Below, one piece after another: positions 18,106-27,436 of a stretch of DNA of 64,000 nt. Positions within the stretch are counted from its first letter, which is position 1, and each line of letters starts with the position of its first letter. The notes beneath the pieces were generated by a model that saw nothing but the letters and a program-made list of their open reading frames with translations, searched no databases and was not told the DNA's origin. The DNA is taken from the NCBI GenBank assembly GCA_965237675.1, contig OZ250150.1, forward strand, positions 3,520,001 to 3,584,000, in the 5' to 3' direction. The position numbers were made by a program, and so were the translations under genes. Origin of the DNA: Candidatus Latescibacterota bacterium (lineage in GTDB: Bacteria > Latescibacterota > UBA2968 > GCA-2709665).

Positions 18106-20673
18106 TCAGCCCTTTTCTGTATAAGAGCGACGTTCGCCAGTCAACCGGGCGTTCCGAATTCTGTCAAGACGGAACATCCGCTCTCCTTTGCGTTGCCTGC
18201 AAAAGCCGTAAAGTACACCATCAACTTCGAAGATCGGTTCGATCGAACGAGATGAGGTATTGGCACCGCGTTCGGCGCGGTAGTCAATTTCAAGGCATAG
18301 GCGGTGGCCAATAGCGTATTCAATGAGACACCGTATGTCGGCCGCGACGGTGGCGGGGTTAATACCCGGGTATTGTACAAGCGCCTGGATGCCGTCACGT
18401 GACGGAGGACCGCTAAACAGCGCTTCAAACGTCCTGCAATAGTCGTCCAGCGCGTCACGACACTCGCTATCAGGAATGCCCCGAAGACTCCGGCGCAGGC
18501 GTTTCAGCAGACGGTCCAGGTCTTCAGGCAGCGGAACCGACCGGGCCGCAAAGGCCTGTATGGCGGTTTCGAGAAATCCCGCCAGCTGCAACAGCTCCGA
18601 ACTCTTCAGAACAATCCGGTGTTGGTCGACGTGTGACTCCTGACAGGCCATTTTCGGCATATAGCCCCTGCTGCTCAGGATATCGAGCAGTTCATCGACG
18701 CGCGACGACGGGTTGAGTGCGGCCGTCGTTGGTGAGAGTCGAGCGCCAAGATGGGTTGCGATCTTTTTCTGAACGTAAAGTTCGTCCAGTAGCTCGGGTC
18801 GCACGCCCGTAAGATAGCCGGACGCTGGCGCGATTTCAATTTCACCGTGTTTGCTTTCGCACTCGTGGATCAGGGCGTCCACAATTTCCGGCAATCCCGA
18901 CGTGCTATGGGTCCGAAGAAACTCTCTGAGAGACGTTCCGTTCCAGCCCCTGCTCATTGCCTTGTGAACGGATTGAGGCGAAATCCGAAAACGTCCCAGG
19001 ACGTCGACTTCCTTGAGTTCCGCTACGGAGAAAAGTCGGATGTAAAGGGCAAAGCAGAGGTCCGGTGGAGAAAGTATTTCAAGGTTTGGTTGTACGATAA
19101 ACTGCCCAACGGGATTGGCCGTCGATTCTCCGGGAATATCCGCCGATTCACGTCCACGGAGAAGCGCCACGCCGGGGCCGGTGAGTTTGAAGACACCCCG
19201 GTGGTCCGGTTGAAGGGGCTCCTTGAACGAATCAGGGTTTCCCAGGCCGACCAGACCCATCCATGTCAAAGCCGAAACGAAGATACGCCGGAGCAGTTCG
19301 TCCGCGCCGCCGCCGATCAGATCTCCCCCGGCCGGTGGGCGTCCATCGAGGTGGGCGAAGGTATCGGACCTGCGGGTGAGTAGCTTGTAGAATTGTGGAT
19401 ACGATATCCAGCTGTCCTCGGGACACCGGGCAAGGCTGTCGAGCAGGTCGCGGCGAAGGGCTCTCAGCGTGTCAATCCGGTTGCGGGTCCGCCCGGGGGA
19501 ACGTTCCGCGGCCCACTCATTCCATCGGTTGGTTTCGCGCCAGACCGTGAGCATTTCCTTTCGGACGTCAAACACCCGTGAAAGTCTGTCCGCAGCGTCA
19601 CCGGCGAGTCGCCACGTTCTGGCTTCGCACCTGATGAACCCGGCCGTTTCTGCAAAAAGGAGGAGAAACTCGGAATAACCCGGATCGATGTGGCCGCGGT
19701 AGTATTTGCTGACATCCCGGAGTTGGGCCCTGGAAACACCTCCCTGTTTGAGCGCGCGCGGCCTGCGTTGCTCGATGAAACCCAGCAGGGTGCTCAGATT
19801 GGGCACCAGGCAGGACGTCTGCTCCCGGGTCTGGGTGGGCTTCTGACCGGTGGGTACGACGATCTCCTCGGATACGTTCTCAATATGGTCGTCCACGGCC
19901 TGAATTCCCGGCTTCAGGTCGGAGGCCAGCCGGAACGGTGTATCGCTCCGGAGCCGCTCGTTTGAATAAAAAAACAGGGGTGTTTTCCAGATCATCTCGT
20001 CGAGTGCTCGAAGCCCCCCTTCTCCCAGAGAATTCAGGATTTCATCCTGCGTGATGGCATCCTTGCCAAGGGCCAGGTTGAGAATGGCCTTCTTTGTTTC
20101 CGGCAAGGCGGTGATATAAGTCTTCAGGTGCTCGTGATCCATTAAGCGGTTGCGGATGGCGCGTGCCACGAAAGCACGTCGCGCATCTTCGTATGGACAG
20201 CCCAGTTCGCTCGCGAAGGCGCGCAGGAGACCGATGGATCGAGACTGCATCAGGCGGCGGAGCCGCCCCTGATCCTTCGCCGGCAGGTCAATCGCCTTGA
20301 GCACCGGTTCCGGAATACCCACCAGACAACCGTCCGCGCCAAGTGTTTCGGCGTCTTCAAAGACCAGACCCAGGTCGGAGACCACGTCTTGCATCGCCTG
20401 GAAGCGATGGGTAAAGCCGGCCCCCAACTCGTCAATGGCATCTGCCTTGAGCAGTTCGCCTCCCTCGGCGGCCAGATTGACGACAAACTCGCGATGTTCG
20501 GCCTGAAGCGAATCCAGTCGTTCCTGTACACGCGATGGGTTGGAAAGATGGCTGCACAGCAGGTCTATCAGGACCGTTTTGTTCGCGCCTGCGTGAATCG
20601 GCAGATCAGTCGAAGCGGCGGTCCGGCAGAGCCTGTCGATGGGTTGGAGGCTAAGGACGGCTCGCAATTTCAT
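18106..20673 (-). CDS. Helicase-associated (Helicase_C_3-like) protein with C-terminal WYL domain
   Basis: FIVQPNLEILSP...FRISPQSVHKAMSRG...FLRTHSTSGLPEIV (Helicase_C_3 pattern); IDY...RSIEP...LYGFCRQRKGERMFRLDRI (WYL). Confidence 0.85.
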   Translation of the reverse strand: MKLRAVLSLQPIDRLCRTAASTDLPIHAGANKTVLIDLLCSHLSNPSRVQERLDSLQAEHREFVVNLAAEGGELLKADAIDELGAGFTHRFQAMQDVVSDLGLVFEDAETLGADGCLVGIPEPVLKAIDLPAKDQGRLRRLMQSRSIGLLRAFASELGCPYEDARRAFVARAIRNRLMDHEHLKTYITALPETKKAILNLALGKDAITQDEILNSLGEGGLRALDEMIWKTPLFFYSNERLRSDTPFRLASDLKPGIQAVDDHIENVSEEIVVPTGQKPTQTREQTSCLVPNLSTLLGFIEQRRPRALKQGGVSRAQLRDVSKYYRGHIDPGYSEFLLLFAETAGFIRCEARTWRLAGDAADRLSRVFDVRKEMLTVWRETNRWNEWAAERSPGRTRNRIDTLRALRRDLLDSLARCPEDSWISYPQFYKLLTRRSDTFAHLDGRPPAGGDLIGGGADELLRRIFVSALTWMGLVGLGNPDSFKEPLQPDHRGVFKLTGPGVALLRGRESADIPGESTANPVGQFIVQPNLEILSPPDLCFALYIRLFSVAELKEVDVLGRFRISPQSVHKAMSRGWNGTSLREFLRTHSTSGLPEIVDALIHECESKHGEIEIAPASGYLTGVRPELLDELYVQKKIATHLGARLSPTTAALNPSSRVDELLDILSSRGYMPKMACQESHVDQHRIVLKSSELLQLAGFLETAIQAFAARSVPLPEDLDRLLKRLRRSLRGIPDSECRDALDDYCRTFEALFSGPPSRDGIQALVQYPGINPATVAADIRCLIEYAIGHRLCLEIDYRAERGANTSSRSIEPIFEVDGVLYGFCRQRKGERMFRLDRIRNARLTGERRSYTEKG

Positions 20674-20710
20674 AGGGCACCGTTAGACTCAGCGTTGTCG
20701 AAACAGGGAT

Positions 20711-20951
20711 ACATCCGCATCCCGAATCGGGTCCCGGCAGTTGGCTCACGACATCGAATGCGTTGTCGTCGTCAACCTCCGCGTGCCACGCCATGGACGG
20801 TAGGAATCGGCAGTTGGGTAGCGCCGGGCGTAAATAATAAGGATTCCTGGGTGGGGCGCATCATCGTGCCTGGACTCCACTTATTAGCATACACATCGGC
20901 CGTGAGCCGGGGCGGGGTGAGCCTGGCAGGTACCGCCAGGAATGCGGATGC
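20711..20951 (-). ncRNA. Candidate ~240-nt structured RNA of unknown class in the leader of the WYL gene
   Basis: Nested helices: 20951-40/20722-11 (12 bp), hairpin 20940-22, 20908-899/20752-43 (10 bp), 20898-91/20763-55, 20886-80/20841-35; five G-U pairs that form only on the minus strand. Confidence 0.6.
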
Positions 20952-21036
20952 GTAGAAAGGCTTCATCGATGCGAGAGTCGGGGACCCGGTGTACGAAAAA
21001 AACCGACTCCCTCCGGCCGGTAAACCATCCTAAAGC

Positions 21037-21065
21037 AGTATATAATAAACAGTAAGCCTTGTCAA
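21037..21065 (-). promoter_or_regulatory. Near-consensus sigma70 promoter upstream of the structured RNA/WYL gene
   Basis: TTGACA (21065-21060), 17 nt, TATACT (21042-21037). Confidence 0.7.
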
Positions 21066-21090
21066 GCCGCAATATCCGGGTCGCGTCTGA

Positions 21091-21258
21091 GAAGCTGTCT
21101 TAAAACACTCAGAGGTCTTCGCGCGGCTGCAAAAGCGTCGGTCTGCGTTGGGTCAAACCCACCCGTATCTTCAGTCGAGGCTGCGCGCCCCTCGCGCCTC
21201 ATCACCGACACCTCTTCGCTCGCGCTCGGGAACGCAACGGGAATTTGAAAACAGCTTC
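21091..21258. mobile_element. 168-bp MITE (non-autonomous IS derivative)
   Basis: TIRs GAAGCTGTCTTAAAA and TTTGAAAACAGCTTC (13/15 match); TGA direct repeat on both sides (21088-90, 21259-61). Confidence 0.7.
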
Positions 21259-21368
21259 TGAATCGAAAAAAGAGGAATTTCGAGCATTCAATTCGTATAT
21301 TGTCGCGTCGCTTGACAACCGTTTATTCGGGGTTTCGCCCGCGATACCTGGAAACTTTCAGAGGATCG

Positions 21369-21968
21369 ATGACCCGGCTCTACGTTCAACAGGTTGTGGC
21401 ACGGACAATATCGGCGGTACTCAGCCCGCCGTTCGCAGCGGCCGGCCTGTCGATACTGTTGATTTGCCGGCTTCCAGCGCCCTTGGTGCACCGCGCAGGA
21501 TGGCTGGGCATCTGTTTGCTATTTGCGACATGTTTGCCAACGATATATGTTGGATTCCTGGTGGCGCGCAAGGTGGTGGATGGCTTCTATATTTCAATTC
21601 GATCCCGCCGGAGGAAGCCGCTGCTGGTGAGTTCCGCGAGTTGTTTTGCCGGATTTGTCCTGTTGTGGGCCACGGACGCGCCGCCGATGGTAAGTGCACT
21701 TATGCTCAGCTATGTTGTGTTGGGGCTTGTGGCCGCGGGGACGAACGCACGATGGAAGATAAGCCTGCACGCGGCGGGTCTGTGCGGTCCATTAGCGATG
21801 CTTCATCATTTGCTCGGACCCTCGTCCGTATACTGGCTGCCGCTGCCAGTGGCGGTTTGCTGGGCGCGTATTGTTCTGGGCGCGCACACTTATCCGCAGG
21901 TTCTGGCTGGCTGCGGGATGGGATTTCTTGTCGTCTGGACAGTAGCCGCCGTGTATATGGCCGTGTGA
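21369..21968 (+). CDS. PAP2-like integral membrane protein
   Basis: About 6 TM segments; KISLH and WARIVLGAHTYPQVLAG motifs; ATG 21369 with GAGGA RBS. Confidence 0.75.
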   Translation: MTRLYVQQVVARTISAVLSPPFAAAGLSILLICRLPAPLVHRAGWLGICLLFATCLPTIYVGFLVARKVVDGFYISIRSRRRKPLLVSSASCFAGFVLLWATDAPPMVSALMLSYVVLGLVAAGTNARWKISLHAAGLCGPLAMLHHLLGPSSVYWLPLPVAVCWARIVLGAHTYPQVLAGCGMGFLVVWTVAAVYMAV

Positions 21969-22146
21969 ACCGCCGAACCCGGTCCGAATTTCGATCGGGA
22001 TGACAAGAGATGCGGTCGATCTGGTCGACTCGGCAGTGCGGTTCTGTGAGGGGAAACGGACGGGGGCGAGCTCCGGGATTTCGTCTCAGCCTCCTGACGA
22101 AAACTCCGTGTAATCGCTTGTCGGGCTCTGGAAAAACTGGAACCAA

Positions 22147-23379
22147 CTATTTTTCATAAACTTCCGTGTCCTGCCAGAACGTGATCCAGGCGAACCAGAA
22201 GGCGCCGTGCCCGGGAATTTGTAGCAGCACATTGTCTTTCATGGGCCCCGCAATAGCCCGGCCCTTCAGATCCCAGGTGGAATGGGTCTCCCGATCTCGC
22301 AACATAAATGGGTAGGTCTGCAAGCTAGACGGAATTTTGTCGAAGTTCAGGGTCAGTTGTGCGTAGTCCCGACTGAAGGCGACAGCCATCTGTTCGGCGC
22401 CATACCATACCACAACGATGTTCCTCTCCGCCAGCGTGTCATTGATCACCGCCTCTTCGCCCAGGGCCGACAGGGGATATGCCTTTGCTTTCTCGACAAA
22501 CCGAATCCCGAACGTCAGGTTTTTTGGCGAAAAGAGCCCCGCGAGCGGATTGTCTTCAAGCCGTGGAAACACCTGGGACCACGGGGCCGATTCGGTGTCC
22601 CGGTATAGTCCATAAGGATATACATTATATTCATTTACGCCAAATGTCCCAGGTGTGTTACTGCTGATGACGAAAGTGTCGGGATAGAGTTGTTTCCAGT
22701 ATCGCCAGGTGGTTTCAACAAAGGGCGGAGTATTCAGAATCCATCCGGTCCTCACGCCTGAGATGCCCGTATGTGTCATCTGGGGAAAGCGAATCTGTTC
22801 GTCGTTCAGATCGTACATAATCAGGTTGTTGTTGAAGAGTTCTCCGGATGCGCCGAACATGAGCCGGTTGATCGCGCCCCCGCTCCATGCGGCAAATACG
22901 ATGCCGCTGCCTGTGAGCGGAGAGAATGTGACCACAATCGGCTGGCCACCGATGCGGTCGTTGACGATCTGGTGGTACCAGGCCATCTTGTGCGGATAGG
23001 CTTTTGAGATGCCGTTGAGACGCACGCCGATCACCACGTCGTCGTCCGACAGATAGGCGGCTTCAGCGGAAGCGGCCGGAACAAATCGCGGGTCGATCAG
23101 GGCCTGCGTGGCGTCCTTTTGATAAACCCGCTCGATTTTGTCGTGGGGAAACGTCAGCGGGTCGAGGAAATTGCGCCCGTTGAAGACGGCGGACGGGGTT
23201 CCGCTCGAGTCCGAATTGCCGCCCGCGCCGTCCTGGACGATGGTTCTGAAGGTCTCGGCGCCGGAACTTTCCGACGAGTCGGTTGAATCGGTGGGTGGTT
23301 CCCTTCCGCAGTTGGAGACGCTCAATAGAAGAAGGGACAGAAGAAGAGGGAATGGGTTTCGGGCAATCGAGGATATCAT
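22147..23379 (-). CDS. DUF3179 family lipoprotein (Ser variant)
   Basis: Signal ending VSNC; KAYPHKMAWYHQIVND, TFSPLTGSG, SGELFNNNLIMYD, FWFAW. Confidence 0.88.
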   Translation of the reverse strand: MISSIARNPFPLLLSLLLLSVSNCGREPPTDSTDSSESSGAETFRTIVQDGAGGNSDSSGTPSAVFNGRNFLDPLTFPHDKIERVYQKDATQALIDPRFVPAASAEAAYLSDDDVVIGVRLNGISKAYPHKMAWYHQIVNDRIGGQPIVVTFSPLTGSGIVFAAWSGGAINRLMFGASGELFNNNLIMYDLNDEQIRFPQMTHTGISGVRTGWILNTPPFVETTWRYWKQLYPDTFVISSNTPGTFGVNEYNVYPYGLYRDTESAPWSQVFPRLEDNPLAGLFSPKNLTFGIRFVEKAKAYPLSALGEEAVINDTLAERNIVVVWYGAEQMAVAFSRDYAQLTLNFDKIPSSLQTYPFMLRDRETHSTWDLKGRAIAGPMKDNVLLQIPGHGAFWFAWITFWQDTEVYEK

Positions 23380-23535
23380 GTCGATTCGTCATCGGCGTGG
23401 AATTCGGATGGTATGGTTTCCGACCACGTTTGTTTGCGAACGAAACCGCTCGGTGTGACAAGCCCGTTCCTCGCCGTAAATGGCCCGGCCTCATCGATGC
23501 GGGACCGGGCCGACCGTATTACGTTCTACCGAGGT

Positions 23536-24159
23536 CTATTTGAAGAACATCGATACCCCCACCGTCGCAACGTGCCGGTTCATACGCCGGCCTTCGGTGA
23601 ACAGGGCCACGTAAGAGTACCGGGTGGTGAGTGCCGTCCGGTAGGACAGGACGCGCCTGAACCCTATTCCTCCGCCCAGCTCACTTACACCCGCCCATCC
23701 CCAGAAATCTTTCCCGGCGAACGCCTCGAGGAATGGCGACGTGCGCTTGTCCACCTTCAGCGGAATATTGAGCCGGTAAAAGCCGGAAACCGACGAGCCA
23801 AATCCGTCTTCGGCCGTTACGGGGAATCCGGCCGTGGTTTGCACAGGCGCCCGCGGCGTATCGATTATCTCCCTGCGTTCTCCCCAGCGATCGTCCGCCC
23901 GATTGCCCGCCACAAAGGCCCCGCCTATCTGGTGCAGGCGGCTCAACGAATAACCTACCGATACGCCGCCCTGATAAACCACTGAACCATCGGATATGCC
24001 GACCGACAGGATGGGAATGACCTCCAGACGACCTGCGCGCACGGGATTCAGCGTCACGCCAATTCCCTCTTCAGGTTCTTCCCCCGGAAAAATGTCGGCG
24101 TTCGCGGGGGCCCCCCAGGCCAGCAGTCCGGCTGTCAAAAAGACGACTGCATGTCTCAT
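23536..24159 (-). CDS. Putative small outer-membrane beta-barrel protein
   Basis: Signal peptide ending ANA; alternating amphipathic strands; C-terminus VGVSMFFK. Confidence 0.65.
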   Translation of the reverse strand: MRHAVVFLTAGLLAWGAPANADIFPGEEPEEGIGVTLNPVRAGRLEVIPILSVGISDGSVVYQGGVSVGYSLSRLHQIGGAFVAGNRADDRWGERREIIDTPRAPVQTTAGFPVTAEDGFGSSVSGFYRLNIPLKVDKRTSPFLEAFAGKDFWGWAGVSELGGGIGFRRVLSYRTALTTRYSYVALFTEGRRMNRHVATVGVSMFFK

Positions 24160-24266
24160 GGTTCGATTCCTTTCGTTCTGAGGTGTGCGTTCAGCGCGCC
24201 GGCGGACCACCTTTATAAAATGGCGACGGTCCAGGTGTCATTGCCTTCCCCGAAAAGGATACATCC

Positions 24267-25031
24267 TCAGATACAACCCGGGATGGAGGCGCCCCTGACC
24301 AGCATGGCGTCGTTGTTTTCGGCCGGACCTGTATAGCGGCACCTTGCGCTGACGTAGTGCGTGGCATAACCGCGACGGCGCAGATTGGACTGGTTTGGCC
24401 TGCTGGAGTGCAGAATCAGACCATGGTGAAAACTGCAACTGCCCGCCTTCAACTCGATGGGGCGCTCTGCCGGCAGACTTCCGTCGAGTGACATTTGTTC
24501 GCAGTCCGCCCATTTCTCCTTGGGCATGATCCCGAACCTGTGGGTACCCGGCAGCATCCAGAGGCATCCGTTTTCTATGGTTGCATCATTAAGCGCTGCC
24601 CAGCATGTGACCATATCGGGCGGGTCGATGAAGAACCCGAGTGGCATATCCTGGTGATAGGGCTGCCTGGAACCAATCCTGGGTGGCTTCATGAACCACT
24701 GGTCCTGGTAGAGCTTGAGGTCCGGCCCGATGAGAGACTCGATGACGTCCAGTACCTTCGGGTTGCGCGCATGCGCTTCAAAGACTTCGTCGCAGAACGC
24801 GAGGTGGCTCATCTTTCTCAGCGAATCCGCATAGGTGTGGGCGGCCGTCTTTCCCTCGCGCACGTCGGGTTCCACCTGCAACCGCTGTTTCGAGACGTGG
24901 GGCGCCCGGCCGCTGGCCACCCATTCGGCTCTGTCGAGGAGCGCGTCGACTTCATCCGCGTTCAGCAGGTCGTCAACCACCAGCACGCCGTCTTCCCGGA
25001 ACCTCGTCACCTGGGTTTCGGACAGCTTCAT
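24267..25031 (-). CDS. Phytanoyl-CoA dioxygenase (PhyH) family
   Basis: FMKPP, PYHQD, ENGCLWMLPGTH, HHGLILHSS, RRG. Confidence 0.93.
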   Translation of the reverse strand: MKLSETQVTRFREDGVLVVDDLLNADEVDALLDRAEWVASGRAPHVSKQRLQVEPDVREGKTAAHTYADSLRKMSHLAFCDEVFEAHARNPKVLDVIESLIGPDLKLYQDQWFMKPPRIGSRQPYHQDMPLGFFIDPPDMVTCWAALNDATIENGCLWMLPGTHRFGIMPKEKWADCEQMSLDGSLPAERPIELKAGSCSFHHGLILHSSRPNQSNLRRRGYATHYVSARCRYTGPAENNDAMLVRGASIPGCI

Positions 25032-25193
25032 TTCAAACCTCTCTTTCACCGAGTTCCAAAATCCAAACAGGGGTGATGGACCCCTGGGAGGTTGCCGGCA
25101 AACTCAGGCAGACGCTTCCGGTCTCTACGCTGCCGATGCAACCCGATATCCGATACGCACGGTCCATGAACCGCCAGGATCGGGACCGATTCT

Positions 25194-26141
25194 TCATCTC
25201 GCGCCGGGCATAGAGCCCTGAGGAAAAGGGTTGCCTTTATAGGTGATGCCAATGACTGCCATCCAACCGGCGGGATAGTTCCGGCCGCCGACGGAAATGT
25301 TCATGGCCGTTTCCAATGTAAACGCGCGAAATGGTCCCAGGTTAATAGTAGGGGAAATATAGGTAATTCTCTTTATGTCTGAAGGGATTCTGGCGTTAAA
25401 GACGGTGGCGGCCTTTCCCCGGATGCCATGCAGTTTTACGCCGATCAGCGCCATTCGGTGCGCCTGGAGGCCGGCCTCCGCGACAAAGACCCATTCGTTG
25501 CCGGGATCCCTGTCGATCTCGCGGTTCTTGAGCCGAAACCGGTATCCGACATCCGAGTTGACGTATGCCGGAATGGGCCAAAAGGATCGTCCGAGTTGGA
25601 ATACGACATCGAAGTCCCACTGTCCTTCCCCGACGGGGATCAGACCGTCTTCGTTGACAAACTCGCCGGTAGGCGCCTTGAATCCCAATTTCAACGTGCC
25701 CACGGCGCGCTGGTTCAACAGGTTGACTTTGAGGAACCCCCGGATATCACCGAACCCGGTTGCCGTTCGGGGTTCTCCGAAGCCGGTGAGAAGGGCCACG
25801 TCCTGGTACTGCTGCCGGAAAAAGGGTGCCTGTAGTCCGACATCGAATCTGTCCGTTGCACCGTAGAACAGATCAAAGAACAAGGCACGAGAGCTGTACC
25901 TGCCGTTAAACCGAAACCTGGCGCGGTTTCCTTCCTCGTAGACGCGGGTGGGATCCGGCCCCCTTCCCGATCCACTCGCGCCGACGTATTCCTCGTCGGT
26001 CGCCTGGCTCAGGAAGGCAACCTTGCACCACATGTGTTTCCTGGGCAGTGTCCAGGCGCCTGCAATCACGTCGATTGGCGTAAAGCATTCGACGATCAGG
26101 AGCAGGGCGAACGCGGCCGGGCCCGGGAACACTGTCTTCAT
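25194..26141 (-). CDS. Putative outer-membrane beta-barrel transporter (phenol-MetA-like)
   Basis: Signal peptide then AGAWTLP; GFGDI, KAPTG, PVGEGQWD pattern; amphipathic strands. Confidence 0.7.
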   Translation of the reverse strand: MKTVFPGPAAFALLLIVECFTPIDVIAGAWTLPRKHMWCKVAFLSQATDEEYVGASGSGRGPDPTRVYEEGNRARFRFNGRYSSRALFFDLFYGATDRFDVGLQAPFFRQQYQDVALLTGFGEPRTATGFGDIRGFLKVNLLNQRAVGTLKLGFKAPTGEFVNEDGLIPVGEGQWDFDVVFQLGRSFWPIPAYVNSDVGYRFRLKNREIDRDPGNEWVFVAEAGLQAHRMALIGVKLHGIRGKAATVFNARIPSDIKRITYISPTINLGPFRAFTLETAMNISVGGRNYPAGWMAVIGITYKGNPFPQGSMPGAR

Positions 26142-26260
26142 GAAATTGCCCACTGGGCGGGATTTGGACCCGGGAGCCGCGTCGGCGGTACACGGTAAGC
26201 CGGAGTAGCCGATAGCCCGTCCTTTTGGGTTCAGTTTGCCGCGTGTTTTCTGTCGTGTCG

Positions 26261-27436
26261 TCAGGGCGAATAGACCCCGGTGTCCTGCCAGAAGGTTGCC
26301 CAGGCGAACCAGAATGCGTTGTGCGCCGGGATCTGATAGAGTTGGCTGCCTCTGAGCTCGCCCGCCAATGCCTGCCCCAGAAGGTTCCAGCTGGTACCGG
26401 TTTCTCTGTCCCTTAACGCAAAGGAAAACCGTCGATCTGTCGAAGGCGCCCTGTCGAAGGTCAGTGTCCGATCGCCCAGATCCCGGCTGAAAGGCAGGGC
26501 CATCTGCGCTTCGGCATCGTAGAGTACGAGCACGTTGTGCCCTCCGATCTTATCGTTGATCACGGCCTGGTCGTCGCCCATTTGCGAATAGGGATAGGCC
26601 TTGGCGACGGTCCCGAATCGAACGCCCAGTACCATCTCTTTCGGAGGGTAGTCGAAAATGATGGGATTGTCGTCCGGTTCCGGATAAAGGGGGAACAGCG
26701 GCGCCGACCCCGGGTTGCGGTAGCCCGTGTACGGGTACACGGTGTAACGTTCCGAGTGGAACGTTCCCCTGGAGCCGGAACTGACGACCGACGTGCCCGG
26801 GTAGAGCCTCTTCCAGTTGCCCCACGTGGTTTCGATCACGGGCATCAGCGCGAGTTCCCTTTCCGTACCGTATCCCTTAATGCCTATGTGAGTCATCTGC
26901 GGGTACAGGGTGTCGTCATGACGGCGGTCGTACATCACGAGATTGTTATTGAATAGCAGTCCGGATACACCGAGTTCCAGTCGCTCTTCGCCCTCGCCCA
27001 GTCCTTCGAAGACCATGCCCGTGCCGGTGAGCGGGCAAAGCGTCGCAACAACCTGCTGGCCGCCGATGACGTCGTTGATGATTTCATGGTGCCAGCCGAT
27101 ATTGTGGGGGTAGGCCTTTGCGACACCGTTGAGGTAGAGGCCAAGTACGAGATCCTCGTCTTTCAGATAGGCCGCGTAAACGGAACCCTCGCGGACAAAG
27201 TCAGGATCGGTCAGCGCGGGAATTCCTTCTTTGGCCGCGCCGCCGCTGATCAGGCGGTTGAGGGGAAAGCGGGAGACGTCGAGGAAATTCCTGGCCGGCA
27301 CCGACGTGGAACTTCCGGCTTCGCCGCTGCTTCCGGTTCCCGCCGGGGCCACGGGACTGGGGGGACTCTTGCCGCCGCAGGCCGATAGCGCGCCGGCAAC
27401 AAACAACGGATACAAGAGATGGAAGAGGCGTTTCAT
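26261..27436 (-). CDS. DUF3179 family lipoprotein (Cys variant)
   Basis: Lipobox LSAC; KEGIPAL, KAYPHNIGWHHEIIND, TLCPLTGTG, VSGLLFNNNLVMYDR, FWFAW. Confidence 0.92.
   Translation of the reverse strand: MKRLFHLLYPLFVAGALSACGGKSPPSPVAPAGTGSSGEAGSSTSVPARNFLDVSRFPLNRLISGGAAKEGIPALTDPDFVREGSVYAAYLKDEDLVLGLYLNGVAKAYPHNIGWHHEIINDVIGGQQVVATLCPLTGTGMVFEGLGEGEERLELGVSGLLFNNNLVMYDRRHDDTLYPQMTHIGIKGYGTERELALMPVIETTWGNWKRLYPGTSVVSSGSRGTFHSERYTVYPYTGYRNPGSAPLFPLYPEPDDNPIIFDYPPKEMVLGVRFGTVAKAYPYSQMGDDQAVINDKIGGHNVLVLYDAEAQMALPFSRDLGDRTLTFDRAPSTDRRFSFALRDRETGTSWNLLGQALAGELRGSQLYQIPAHNAFWFAWATFWQDTGVYSP

Noticed and set aside
20711-20951. Retron msr-msd, RNase P, SRP, tmRNA or cobalamin riboswitch as the identity of the structured RNA
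   Set aside because: There is no reverse transcriptase in the window and none of the diagnostic cores is visible. 6S RNA cannot be excluded without cmscan.
20772-20966. 64-aa minus-strand ORF inside the structured leader
   Set aside because: No RBS and no recognisable protein features; the pairing pattern explains the region better.
22147-27436. Selenocysteine recoding in the DUF3179 genes
   Set aside because: No in-frame TGA; the motif codons are TGC and TCT.
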